From: an uncultured Bifidobacteriaceae bacterium
GTDB taxonomy: Bacteria; Actinomycetota; Actinomycetes; S36-B12
NCBI GenBank assembly: GCA_964626275.1
Contig: CAZVCZ010000004.1
Location: 1 to 43,167 of the forward strand
Length of the DNA: 43,167 nucleotides
Direction of reading: 5' to 3'
The notes beneath the pieces are model-generated. The model made no database searches. It was not told the origin of the DNA and saw only the letters and a list, made by a program, of their open reading frames with translations. Shown here one piece after another: positions 1 to 8,319 of this stretch. Within the stretch, counting starts at the first letter, position 1. Each line of letters starts with the position of its first letter. The translations under genes were made by a program, and so were the position numbers.

Positions 1-28
1 GAACGACTCAGACCGAACGGGGAGCAGC

Positions 29-1042
29 ATGAGTCGCATTGCCGTCATGGGTTCGGGTTCCTGGGGCACCGCCTTCGCGATGGTCCTCGCTGATGCCGGG
101 GGCGACGTCACGATCTGGGGGCGCGATCCCGACGTCGTCGACCAGATCAATGCGGAGCATGTGAACGAGACCTATCACCCGGGCATCCGTCTGTCGGACT
201 CGATCGCGGCAACCACGGAGCCCGACCGCGCTCTCGAGGGGGCTGATCTCGTCGTCCTCGCCGTGCCCGCCCAGACCCTGCGCGACAACCTCGCGGCCTG
301 GGGGTCGGCGGTGGCAGCCGACGCGGTGCTGGTCAGCCTCATGAAAGGCATTGAGATCGGTACATCCCTTCGGATGAGCCAGGTCATCGATGAAGCTACG
401 GGGGCGGGACTCGATCGCATCGCGGTGGTGTCCGGCCCGAACCTGGCGCGGGAGATCGCGGCCCGCCAGCCAGCCGCAACGACAGTGGCCTGCGCGGATG
501 AGCACAGTGCTCGCCGACTTCAGGACGCGTGCACGACCGACTACTTCCGCCCCTACTGGACGACGGACGTGACCGGCGTCGAGATCGGTGGCTCGGTGAA
601 GAACGTCATCGCCCTGGCCAATGGAATCGCAGCAGGGATGGGGTTCGGCGAGAACTCCCAGGCCTCCCTCATCACCCGGGGCCTGGCGGAGATGACGCGA
701 CTGGGGGTGGCGCTGGGTGCGGACCCCCTGACCTTCTCCGGCCTCGCCGGAGTCGGCGATCTCATCGCGACCTGCACCTCCAGCCTGTCCCGCAACCGGA
801 CTTTCGGAGTGAACCTGGGCACCGGCATGAGCGTCGCCGAGGCCACCGACGCGATGAAGCAGACTTCCGAAGGTGTGAAGAGTTGTCGGGCCATCGCCGA
901 ACTCGCGGCAGCCCACGGAGTCGAGATGCCGATCACGGAGCAGATCGTCGCCGTCGTGCACGAGGGTCAGTCTCCCCGGCACATGCTGGCGGCGTTCATG
1001 ACCAGATCGCCGAAGGCTGAACCGGGAATGTCGTCGATCTAG
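29..1042 (+). CDS. gpsA: NAD(P)H-dependent glycerol-3-phosphate dehydrogenase
   Basis: 337-aa ORF. N-terminal Rossmann motif IAVMGSGSWGTAFA, family-typical GGSVKNVIALANGI and SSLSRNRTFG motifs. GGGGAG SD-like sequence upstream. Confidence 0.93.
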   Translation: MSRIAVMGSGSWGTAFAMVLADAGGDVTIWGRDPDVVDQINAEHVNETYHPGIRLSDSIAATTEPDRALEGADLVVLAVPAQTLRDNLAAWGSAVAADAVLVSLMKGIEIGTSLRMSQVIDEATGAGLDRIAVVSGPNLAREIAARQPAATTVACADEHSARRLQDACTTDYFRPYWTTDVTGVEIGGSVKNVIALANGIAAGMGFGENSQASLITRGLAEMTRLGVALGADPLTFSGLAGVGDLIATCTSSLSRNRTFGVNLGTGMSVAEATDAMKQTSEGVKSCRAIAELAAAHGVEMPITEQIVAVVHEGQSPRHMLAAFMTRSPKAEPGMSSI

Positions 1043-1046
1043 GAAA

Positions 1047-1101
1047 TTGATCGTTCAGGCTTGATCGTTCAGGGCTTGATCGCTCAGGGCTGATCGAGGG
1101 C
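1047..1101. repeat. Tandem direct repeat, 3 full copies plus 1 partial copy of a 14-15 bp unit (TTGATCG[T/C]TCAGG(G)C)
   Basis: Read directly: 1047-1060 ttgatcgttcaggc, 1061-1075 ttgatcgttcagggc, 1076-1090 ttgatcgctcagggc, 1091-1101 tgatcgagggc. It fills the convergent gpsA / PLP-enzyme gap and includes the stop codon (1084-1086, minus strand) and last codons of the minus-strand gene. Confidence 0.85.
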
Positions 1102-2256
1102 GGCGCTGAGATCCGCCCACAGGTCCTCTGGGTCCTCGATGCCGACCGACAGGCGGATGAGGGACTCCGGCACCAGGGTGCTCTCCAAAGCCCATCGACG
1201 GCGGCGCTCCAACAGGGATTCCACACCGCCGAGGCTCGTGGCGTGGACCCACAGTCGGACTCGATGGCTGATCGCCTCGGCTGCGGGGACACCACCCCGT
1301 GGCTCGATTGCGATGATGGTGCCGGGACCGGACATCGTGGCCTGGCACAGCGCGAATCCCGGATCATCCTCGAGTCCCGGATAGCGCACACGTTCGATGG
1401 CGGGATGGTCCCGCAGGAGCTGCGCAAGGTGGATCGCGCTGCTTTCCGCGCGTGTGCGTCGAAGCGCGAGGGTGCGCAATCCGCGTAGAGCGAGGAAGGA
1501 TTCCAGCGCCCCGGGGAAACCTCCGAGCAGGGTTCGTTCGGGCAGCATCTGTTGAGCCGCGTCGGCATCGGCGAAGACGAGCGCGCCTGCGAGCAGATCG
1601 GAGTGTCCACCGATCATCTTGGTGGCGCTGTGCAGCACCACATCGGCTCCGTGAGCGAGGGGTTGTTGGCCCAGTGGTGTGGCGAAGGTGTTGTCGCAGA
1701 CGACACTCGCGCCCTGCTCGTGGGCGAGAGCGGCGATAGCGGGGATATCTGCGATCTCGAGCATGGGATTCGTCGGAGACTCGATCCAGACGAGATGAGC
1801 CCCGCGACTGGCCACGCCGACCGCGGCGGTGTCGGTGACGTCCACGGTGCGCAGTTCGATGCGGCCCCGGTCTGCCAGGGAACGCATCCGGACGGAGACG
1901 CCGGTGTAGGCGTGTCGGGGAGCGACCACGATCGCACCCGGCGGAACGGTGTCGAGCAGGGCGCTCGCTGCAGCCATGCCAGAGGAGAACGCCAGGCAGT
2001 GCCCTCCTTCCAGCGTGCCGATCGCGGACTCCAGGGCGAGGCTGGCGCGCGTGCCATCCCGGGCATACTCCAGGTCGCCGCCCGCGTGATACGACGACGC
2101 AGGTTCGATGGGCATGTTGAGCGGTGCGCCGGGCGATCTTGGTGGGCGACCGAGGTGGACGACCGCGGTGTCGACTGACCAGCCTGGATCCAGATCGGCT
2201 GGCTCGCCGGCGTGCTCCTGGGATGTGCTGGGGTCGGGCTGATCGAAACTCGGCAT
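1084..2256 (-). CDS. Cys/Met-metabolism PLP-dependent enzyme (cystathionine gamma-synthase / gamma-lyase family)
   Basis: C-terminal ~390 aa of the 505-aa ORF. PLP-lysine motif HSATKMIGGHSD, plus NPMLEI and ESLGGVESL family signatures. Start set at the ATG of MPSFDQ (cat at 2254-2256); the upstream ORF extension overlaps ddl and looks non-coding. Confidence 0.85.
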   Translation of the reverse strand: MPSFDQPDPSTSQEHAGEPADLDPGWSVDTAVVHLGRPPRSPGAPLNMPIEPASSYHAGGDLEYARDGTRASLALESAIGTLEGGHCLAFSSGMAAASALLDTVPPGAIVVAPRHAYTGVSVRMRSLADRGRIELRTVDVTDTAAVGVASRGAHLVWIESPTNPMLEIADIPAIAALAHEQGASVVCDNTFATPLGQQPLAHGADVVLHSATKMIGGHSDLLAGALVFADADAAQQMLPERTLLGGFPGALESFLALRGLRTLALRRTRAESSAIHLAQLLRDHPAIERVRYPGLEDDPGFALCQATMSGPGTIIAIEPRGGVPAAEAISHRVRLWVHATSLGGVESLLERRRRWALESTLVPESLIRLSVGIEDPEDLWADLSAALDQP

Positions 2257-2298
2257 GGCGCTGACTGTAGGGCAGTCGGTGGGGATAGCGTCAGCCTC
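2257..2298. promoter_or_regulatory. 42-bp divergent spacer with two back-to-back TANNNT -10-like hexamers and nested inverted repeats
   Basis: TAGCGT (2286-2291) lies 7 nt upstream of the ddl GTG (2299). TACAGT on the minus strand (2264-2269) lies 7 nt upstream of the minus-strand ATG (2256). No SD is visible for either gene. Inverted repeats: GCTGAC 2260-2265 / GTCAGC 2290-2295 and GACTG 2263-2267 / CAGTC 2273-2277. Confidence 0.35.
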
Positions 2299-3393
2299 GT
2301 GCCCAGGCCGCGAGTAGCCGTCATCTTCGGAGGACGCAGCAGCGAGCATTCGATCTCCTGCATCAGTGCTACGAGCGTGCTCCGCGCCCTCGACCGCACG
2401 CACTTCGATGTGGTCGCCCTGGGTATCGGGCAGGACGGCCGCTGGGTGGAGATGCCCGATGACCCCGACGACTGGTCGCAGTCGCACGGGTCTGAATTCG
2501 GGCAAGGAGTCCTCCCGACGGTCCCACCCGGTGGCGAGGGGGCGCCGATGCTGCCGCAGCAACTGCTCGAGGGAGTGGATGTCGCCTTCCCGGTCCTGCA
2601 CGGACCCTGGGGGGAGGACGGGACGGTCCAGGGCATGCTGGAGATGGCGGGAATCTCCTACGTGGGATCGGGAGTGCTCGCCTCAGCGGTGGCTATGGAC
2701 AAGGGCTATATGAAGTCCCTGCTCGCCGCAGCGGGTGTGCCGGTGGGGCCCTGGGTCGTCGTGACAGGCTCCGAGTGGCAGACCGATGCGCAGGCCGCCC
2801 TCGATCGCATCGGGTCGCTGGGGATGCCGGTGTTCGTCAAGCCGGCCCGAGCAGGTTCGTCGATGGGCATCACCAAGGTGTCGGATTCGTCCGGGCTCGT
2901 GGATGCCATCGAGCACGCTCGCACCTTCGATCCACGAGTCGTGGTGGAGGCGCATATCGCCGATGCGCGAGAGATCGAATGCGGTGTGCTCACCGATGGC
3001 CACGGCACGGCGTTTGCCAGCACGTGTGCGGAGATCCGGGTGCGTGCCGGGCATGACTTCTACGACTTCGAGGCGAAGTACCTCGATGATTCGGCGGATC
3101 TCATCGTTCCCGCGGGTATGCCCGATGCCGTGCGCGAGCGGGTTCGCGAGTTGAGCTGCGCCGCATTTGATGCCTTGAACTGCGAGGGTCTGGCCCGAGT
3201 GGACTTCTTCGTCCCGATGGGTGAGGGATCGTCGGTGCTCGAGGGCATCGTGGTGAACGAGGTCAACACGATGCCGGGATTCACTCCCATCTCCATGTTC
3301 CCGAGGATGTGGGCGGCCAGCGATCTGCCGTACTCCCAACTAGTCGACCATCTCGTGCGTGATGCCCTACGACGCGGCGTTGGATTGCGCTAG
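2299..3393 (+). CDS. ddl: D-alanine--D-alanine ligase
   Basis: N-terminal RVAVIFGGRSSEHSISCISA, ATP-grasp body, C-terminal VNEVNTMPGFTPISMFP. Start placed at GTG 2299 (VPRPRVAVIFGG). The ORF-track ATG at 2212 would overlap the divergent gene. Confidence 0.9.
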   Translation: MPRPRVAVIFGGRSSEHSISCISATSVLRALDRTHFDVVALGIGQDGRWVEMPDDPDDWSQSHGSEFGQGVLPTVPPGGEGAPMLPQQLLEGVDVAFPVLHGPWGEDGTVQGMLEMAGISYVGSGVLASAVAMDKGYMKSLLAAAGVPVGPWVVVTGSEWQTDAQAALDRIGSLGMPVFVKPARAGSSMGITKVSDSSGLVDAIEHARTFDPRVVVEAHIADAREIECGVLTDGHGTAFASTCAEIRVRAGHDFYDFEAKYLDDSADLIVPAGMPDAVRERVRELSCAAFDALNCEGLARVDFFVPMGEGSSVLEGIVVNEVNTMPGFTPISMFPRMWAASDLPYSQLVDHLVRDALRRGVGLR

Positions 3394-3909
3394 GGCGGGA
3401 GTCAGGTCAGCGAGCACGGAACCTGGTGATGGGTAGGCCGCCGGCACGATGACCTCGACGTAGGCGTAGCCGCTGGTCAGGTCGTCGCTGGTGGAGTCGT
3501 CGGTGTCGGGGATCGTGCTCGGATCCGGGCCGACGGGGAGGCCTGCGGGAATGATCGTGGTGAATACGATGCCGGCCTGGAGATCCTCGGGAAACCAGGG
3601 GATGCCATCGACGTCGAAGAGCACCGCGGTGGAATCCAGCGCGTCAGGTCGTGGCACCCCGCAGCGCAGCACGATGGGTGGCTCGCCCCAGGCCGCGGTG
3701 GCAGAGGAGTCAGGGCTGGTCGGGCGCCGCCCCGAACCGTCGACGGAGTCGGGCAGGTTCTCGATGAGGTCTCCGCAGATCGGCGGGGGATCCGGGGGAG
3801 GTTCGATCGCGACCTGACGCCCGCAACCGGTGACCACAGCGAGGACCAATCCGGTGACGGCAACCGTCATGGCCTTCGTCAACATGCGAGTGGTGAGCGG
3901 TCCCGCCAA
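3367..3909 (-). CDS. DUF3515-like secreted lipoprotein
   Basis: Signal peptide plus lipobox (LAVVTGC), Pro-rich linker, conserved Cys pattern. Sits between ddl and thiL, as DUF3515 genes do in actinobacteria. Start is ambiguous: TTG 3909, ATG 3885 or ATG 3870. The 3' end overlaps the ddl 3' end by 27 bp. Confidence 0.6.
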   Translation of the reverse strand: MAGPLTTRMLTKAMTVAVTGLVLAVVTGCGRQVAIEPPPDPPPICGDLIENLPDSVDGSGRRPTSPDSSATAAWGEPPIVLRCGVPRPDALDSTAVLFDVDGIPWFPEDLQAGIVFTTIIPAGLPVGPDPSTIPDTDDSTSDDLTSGYAYVEVIVPAAYPSPGSVLADLTPALAQSNAAS

Positions 3910-3927
3910 GCGATCGAGAACCCCCGG

Positions 3928-4164
3928 CTAGAGGTTGACGACCGGGCAGGTGAGGGTCCGCGTGATACCGGGGATCTCCTGGATGGCGTGAAGGACGGTT
4001 CTGCCGAAGTCGTCCATGCTCGGCGCCTCGGCTCGCACGATGATGTCGTAGGGGCCGGTCACGTCCTCGGCGATGCTCACGCCGGGGACAGCTGCGATCT
4101 GGCGGGTCACATCGACGGCGGTGCCGACCTCGGTCTGCACGAGAATGTAGGCCTGTACCGTCAC
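3928..4164 (-). CDS. Stand-alone Lrp/AsnC ligand-binding (RAM) domain protein
   Basis: 78 aa with the beta-alpha-beta-beta-alpha-beta RAM-domain pattern (AYILVQTEVG...VTGPYDIIVRAEA...TRTLT) and no HTH. GTG start preceded by a strong SD, GAGGAGGA, with 6-nt spacing. Confidence 0.75.
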   Translation of the reverse strand: MTVQAYILVQTEVGTAVDVTRQIAAVPGVSIAEDVTGPYDIIVRAEAPSMDDFGRTVLHAIQEIPGITRTLTCPVVNL

Positions 4165-4272
4165 CGGAGATCCTCCTCGTCACTGGGCTGGGCGCGAACG
4201 CCCTACGTCCGCCCACCAGCGGCGGGCTCGACGAGGAGACTAGCGTGGTCATGATCGGGCAGGAGGCCAGCC

Positions 4273-5319
4273 GTGCATTCAACACCGAAATCGACGTCCT
4301 CAACCTCTCCCTCGAGTTCGGGTGACGGCGCAGACGCGACCGTGGCCGATGTGGGGGAAATCGCCCTCGTGGAACGTGTCGTCGAGGTGTGCGGCGGACC
4401 CGCGGCCGCAGCCTCCGGGGTCGGCGCCGTTCTCCCCATGGTCGGCCCTGGAGACGACGCCGCGGTGACTCCGGCGCCGGACGGCCGGGTCGTGGTGACG
4501 ACGGATATGGCGGTCGAGGGGCGGCACTTCCGCACCGACTGGTCAGAGCCCGAGGACATCGGTCACCGAGTCGCCGCCGCCAATCTCGCGGATATCGCAG
4601 CAATGGGAGCCCGTCCCACGGGACTCGTGGTCGCCCTCGCGCTTCCCGGGAGTACATCGGTGGCGTGGGTGACGTCGCTCATGACCGGAATCGTCGAGGA
4701 AGCCGCCTCTGCCGGAGCCAGCGTAATCGGTGGAGACATCACGGCCGGAGACACGATCGTCGTCTCCATCAGCGCACTCGGTGATCTGGCCGGGGGTGAG
4801 CCGGTGCTGCGCTCGGGCGTGGAGGTGGGTGATGTCATCGCCGTCGCGGGTCGCCTCGGCTGGGCAGCGGCTGGACTGGCGGTGCTCGGGCGTGGATTCC
4901 GATCGCCTCGAGCCCTCGTCGATGCCTATCGACGACCCGCACCTGCCTATGTCGCCGCTCGTGCGGCGGCGGATGCGGGCGCCCATGCGCTGATGGATAT
5001 CAGTGATGGCCTGTTGATCGACGCTCAGCGGATGGCCCGTGCGTCTGGGGTCGGGATCTCCCTGGAATCGGCCAACCTGCCGGTCCCCGAACCTATTGCG
5101 GCAGCCGCCTCCGCGTACAACCTCGACCCGCTCCAGTGGATCCTCGGGGGTGGGGATGATCATGCCTTCCTCGCCGCCTTCCCCCCGGGATCGTCCCTCC
5201 CCGAGGACTTCCTCGCGATCGGTGCGGCGATCCCCGCAGAGGATGCGGCGCAAGGGGTCGTGCTCGTGGACGGTCGCCTCCCGGAGGTTCCCGCCGGTTT
5301 CGAGCACTTCCGACGGTAG
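4273..5319 (+). CDS. thiL: Thiamine-monophosphate kinase
   Basis: AIR-synthase-like fold motifs GPGDDAAV, TTDMAVEGRHF, GGDITAG, ISDGL. GTG start with GGCAGGAGG SD. The Ser-rich N-terminus leaves the exact start uncertain. Confidence 0.88.
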   Translation: MHSTPKSTSSTSPSSSGDGADATVADVGEIALVERVVEVCGGPAAAASGVGAVLPMVGPGDDAAVTPAPDGRVVVTTDMAVEGRHFRTDWSEPEDIGHRVAAANLADIAAMGARPTGLVVALALPGSTSVAWVTSLMTGIVEEAASAGASVIGGDITAGDTIVVSISALGDLAGGEPVLRSGVEVGDVIAVAGRLGWAAAGLAVLGRGFRSPRALVDAYRRPAPAYVAARAAADAGAHALMDISDGLLIDAQRMARASGVGISLESANLPVPEPIAAAASAYNLDPLQWILGGGDDHAFLAAFPPGSSLPEDFLAIGAAIPAEDAAQGVVLVDGRLPEVPAGFEHFRR

Positions 5320-5356
5320 GGTGAACAGAACAATCGCGTAGGAGGAGGACCGGAAG

Positions 5357-5590
5357 ATGGCGGCAGGAGACCAGCACGCGGACGTGCACGACAACCACGG
5401 TCAGACCCCTGCGGCATGGACCGCGGTGACCATCGTGATGGTCGCATTCTTCGTAGGAACCCTCGGCCTCGTCCTCGGTCAGTGGGTCATGTTCTGGGTC
5501 GGTGTCGGCATGGTCGTCCTGGGCGGCATCGTGGGCAAGGTCATGTCGATGGCCGGCCTGGGGATGCCGCGAACCTCATCCCGCCACTGA
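5357..5590 (+). CDS. HGxxPAAW-family small membrane protein
   Basis: 77 aa with the HGQTPAAW motif followed by two hydrophobic helices. Strong SD AGGAGGAGG upstream of the ATG. Confidence 0.75.
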   Translation: MAAGDQHADVHDNHGQTPAAWTAVTIVMVAFFVGTLGLVLGQWVMFWVGVGMVVLGGIVGKVMSMAGLGMPRTSSRH

Positions 5591-5630
5591 CGGCCGCGAC
5601 GAAGTCAACGCCTCAATCGAAACCCTCGAT

Positions 5631-6332
5631 GTGGTGAATCCCGGGGGCGAGTCCGTCACCGTTCTGGTCGTCGACGACGAACCGGCGATCGCGGATGTGT
5701 TGACGCTGTATCTCCAGCGCGAGGGCTTCAACGTGCGCGTCGCGACCACCGGCCCCGAGGCGTTGGACGCCGTCCGTACCTGGCGACCCAGCGCGGTCAT
5801 CCTGGATGTGGGGCTGCCCGGAATGGACGGCACTGACGTCTGCCGGCGGATGCGCGCTGCGGATGACTGGACGCCGGTCCTGTTCTGCACCGCCCGAGAC
5901 GACGAAGTCGACCGCGTACTCGGGCTGGAGCTGGGGGGAGATGACTACATCACCAAGCCCTTCAGTCCCCGCGAGGTCGTCGCTCGCGTCAAGGTCGCCC
6001 TTCGACACAGTCGCGGGCGCACGGATGCGCCTGACGTCCTGAGGGTCGGTCGGGTATCCCTCGATCGAGGTGCTCGCCGCGTCTTCGTCGATGAGGAGCC
6101 GATCGAGTTGACGGCGACCGAGTTCGATCTGCTCGCCTACCTCATGGAGAACGTGGGCCGCGTGTTGGACCGCGATCGCCTCCTCGAGGAGGTGTGGGGC
6201 TATTCCGCCGCTGCGGGCACACGCACTGTCGATGTCCACGTCGCTCAGTTGCGAGCGAAACTCGGCGAGGCCAGTCCACTTCGAACTGTTCGCGGGGTTG
6301 GTTACAGCGCCGAAGGTTCGGCGTCTCGATGA
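5631..6332 (+). CDS. OmpR/PhoB-family response regulator
   Basis: Receiver motifs VLVVDDEP, ILDVGLPGMDG, KPF. C-terminal winged-helix (TRTVDVHVAQLRAKL, RGVGY). Start set at GTG 5631/5634; the ORF-track ATG 5502 overlaps the previous gene. Stop overlaps the kinase start (ATGA). Confidence 0.88.
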   Translation: MVNPGGESVTVLVVDDEPAIADVLTLYLQREGFNVRVATTGPEALDAVRTWRPSAVILDVGLPGMDGTDVCRRMRAADDWTPVLFCTARDDEVDRVLGLELGGDDYITKPFSPREVVARVKVALRHSRGRTDAPDVLRVGRVSLDRGARRVFVDEEPIELTATEFDLLAYLMENVGRVLDRDRLLEEVWGYSAAAGTRTVDVHVAQLRAKLGEASPLRTVRGVGYSAEGSASR

Positions 6333-7804
6333 GTTCTGAGGCGAACCCTCCGGCGATTCCTTCGGCAACAGCGCTGCCCGACGGGCAGGTGACCCATCGG
6401 ATGGGCATCGTCGGTCGGATGGTCCTCCTCGGTATCGCCGTGGCCGTCGTTGTGGCCGTCGTCGCCGGCTTCGCGGCCTACCCCCTCGTGCGAGATTCCG
6501 CTGAGGCCCGGGCGCGTGGAGACTTGGCGCGGCTCGCAGATCTGACAGCGACCACCGTCACTCTCGATGCGCAGGGCCAATTCGTGGTTCCCCCACGGGT
6601 GGGTTCGGTGCTCCAGGACGAGGAGGTCACGGCCTATGTGGTGTTCCGGGGCACCACCGAACTCCCGGATGGGGTGACCCGGCCGGAGGTCGATCGGGTG
6701 ACCTCGGGACGGCCGGTTTCGGCGATGGGAGTGAATGACGAAGGAGCGGTCCTCGTCGAGGGTAGGCCGTTGAAGCGCGACACGGGGGTGATCCTCGTGC
6801 AGCCAACGGCCGTGGCATTCGCCCCCGCCCTCACCGTGCTGTGGCGAGTCGTGGCGGCTCTGGCGTTGGGAATCGCGGTTGCCGTGGTGGTCGCGGTGGT
6901 CGCGTCGCGACGCATGTCGAGATCCCTACGTGAAGTGTCCAGCGCTGCCGATCAACTCAGCGCGGGGGAGCGAGACGTCATCGTGGAGCCGCGCGGCCCC
7001 GCGGAGGTCGCGTTGATCGCGGAGTCGATCAATCGCCTGAGCGAAGCTCTCGCAGTGTCGGAGGGGCGGCAGCGGGACTTCCTGCTGTCGGTCTCCCATG
7101 AACTTCGAACGCCGTTGACCGGTCTCCTGGGATATGCACAGGCGATGTCGGACGGACTCATTGAGCCGGACGACGTGACCCGAACCGGCGCCGTCATGGT
7201 GGATGAGGCCGAACGCCTGCAACGGCTCGTCACCGATCTGCTCGATCTCGCCCGTCTCGAGGCGGTCGACTTCTCCTTCGATCTCGTACCCGGGGATGTG
7301 GGAGTCGTCCTCGATCAGGCGGTGGAGGTCTGGCGCGATCGCTGTGCTCGCGTCGGTGTGGTGGTGGAGCGCGAGGGAGCCACTCCGGCTGACGCCGCAG
7401 ACGGAACAGCGCCACCAGATCCGATCTGGGCGGAGGTCGATCCGGTTCGGCTGCGCCAGATCATCGACAACCTGGCCGAGAATGCGCTCCGGGTCACTCC
7501 CGAGGGAGGTCGGATCACCTTCGCCCTTGATCGTCGAGTCGACCCGGAGACTGATCGGATGGCAGTGCATCTGGAGGTTCGGGACACCGGACCCGGACTC
7601 ACCCCAGCGGATATTCCCGTGGCCTTCGTTCCCGGATCCCTGCACGAGAGGTACCGGGGAGTGCGACCGGTGGGGACCGGTGTCGGACTGGCGCTGGTGG
7701 CCAGACTCGCCCGCGGCCTCGGGGGACGAGCCGAGGCGGGATCGGCGCGCGAGGGCGGGGCACGTTTCACCGTCATCTGGCCTGCGATCGCGACGAGCGC
7801 CTAG
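6329..7804 (+). CDS. Sensor histidine kinase (2 TM, periplasmic loop, HAMP, HisKA, HATPase_c)
   Basis: H-box [12 protein letters not shown]-box [12 protein letters not shown]1 DTGPGL, G2 [11 protein letters not shown] 6329 overlaps the response regulator stop. Confidence 0.9.
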   Translation: MSSEANPPAIPSATALPDGQVTHRMGIVGRMVLLGIAVAVVVAVVAGFAAYPLVRDSAEARARGDLARLADLTATTVTLDAQGQFVVPPRVGSVLQDEEVTAYVVFRGTTELPDGVTRPEVDRVTSGRPVSAMGVNDEGAVLVEGRPLKRDTGVILVQPTAVAFAPALTVLWRVVAALALGIAVAVVVAVVASRRMSRSLREVSSAADQLSAGERDVIVEPRGPAEVALIAESINRLSEALAVSEGRQRDFLLSVSHELRTPLTGLLGYAQAMSDGLIEPDDVTRTGAVMVDEAERLQRLVTDLLDLARLEAVDFSFDLVPGDVGVVLDQAVEVWRDRCARVGVVVEREGATPADAADGTAPPDPIWAEVDPVRLRQIIDNLAENALRVTPEGGRITFALDRRVDPETDRMAVHLEVRDTGPGLTPADIPVAFVPGSLHERYRGVRPVGTGVGLALVARLARGLGGRAEAGSAREGGARFTVIWPAIATSA

Positions 7805-7813
7805 GATTGCGCT

Positions 7814-8299
7814 ATGGCCACGGCGACGAGCACGGGGCAGCGCGCCCCGGGAGGGCCATGGCTGATCGATCCGCGCCCGCGCTGGCGGCGCATGCTCGCA
7901 CCGGTTCTCACCATTATCGGGTTGCTCGCAGTGACGGCCTACGTCCGCGGGGTCGACCCGAATGTTCCCGGTCACTACCCGGGCTGCCCGACGCAGACAT
8001 ATTTGGGAATCGACTGTCCCGGGTGCGGTGGATTGCGAGCCACCCACGCTCTCACCAATGGCGATCTCCCCACCGCACTCGATCAGAATCTGCTCGTCGT
8101 GGTCGCGCTTCCCGTGGTGGTGGTGCTCATCGCGCTGTGGGTTCGCAGGGCGTGGCGAGGAGTCATCAGCGACCCGTCCCAGTACTCACCGCGCCGGGCT
8201 CGGCTGGAACGCGTGGTACCTCTGGTCGTGGTGGGGGTCATGCTGGTCTTCTCCGTCGTCCGAAACCTCGTTCCCTACCTGGGATCCGGGGTGGGATAA
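7814..8299 (+). CDS. DUF2752-family membrane protein
   Basis: 161 aa. Cys cluster [19 protein letters not shown] followed by hydrophobic helices, as in DUF2752 proteins. Confidence 0.7.
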   Translation: MATATSTGQRAPGGPWLIDPRPRWRRMLAPVLTIIGLLAVTAYVRGVDPNVPGHYPGCPTQTYLGIDCPGCGGLRATHALTNGDLPTALDQNLLVVVALPVVVVLIALWVRRAWRGVISDPSQYSPRRARLERVVPLVVVGVMLVFSVVRNLVPYLGSGVG

Positions 8300-8319
8300 C
8301 CCCGGTTTACCCTGGCGTC

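Noticed and set aside
3367-3393. 27-bp tail-to-tail overlap of ddl and the DUF3515 gene.
   Set aside because: Convergent 3' overlaps of this size are common in compact GC-rich genomes. They can also arise from stop-free antisense sequence extending an ORF. Nothing else marks the site as functional.
4165-4272. Looked for a TPP riboswitch or operator in the 108-bp spacer upstream of thiL. Noticed the 8-bp inverted repeat CTCCTCGT (4173-4180) / ACGAGGAG (4231-4238).
   Set aside because: No TPP-riboswitch core (CUGAGA...ACCUGA-type strings) is visible. One arm of the repeat is simply the complement of the strong SD of the divergent RAM-domain gene. The 50-nt spacing makes a specific operator or hairpin unconvincing.
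7807-8319. N-terminal 171-aa extension of the trpC ORF (ORF track 7807-9162, 451 aa).
   Set aside because: The extension overlaps the DUF2752 gene in another frame and is Arg/Pro-rich with no TrpC similarity. TrpC homology begins at VLDDIVAG, right after the in-frame GTG 8320.
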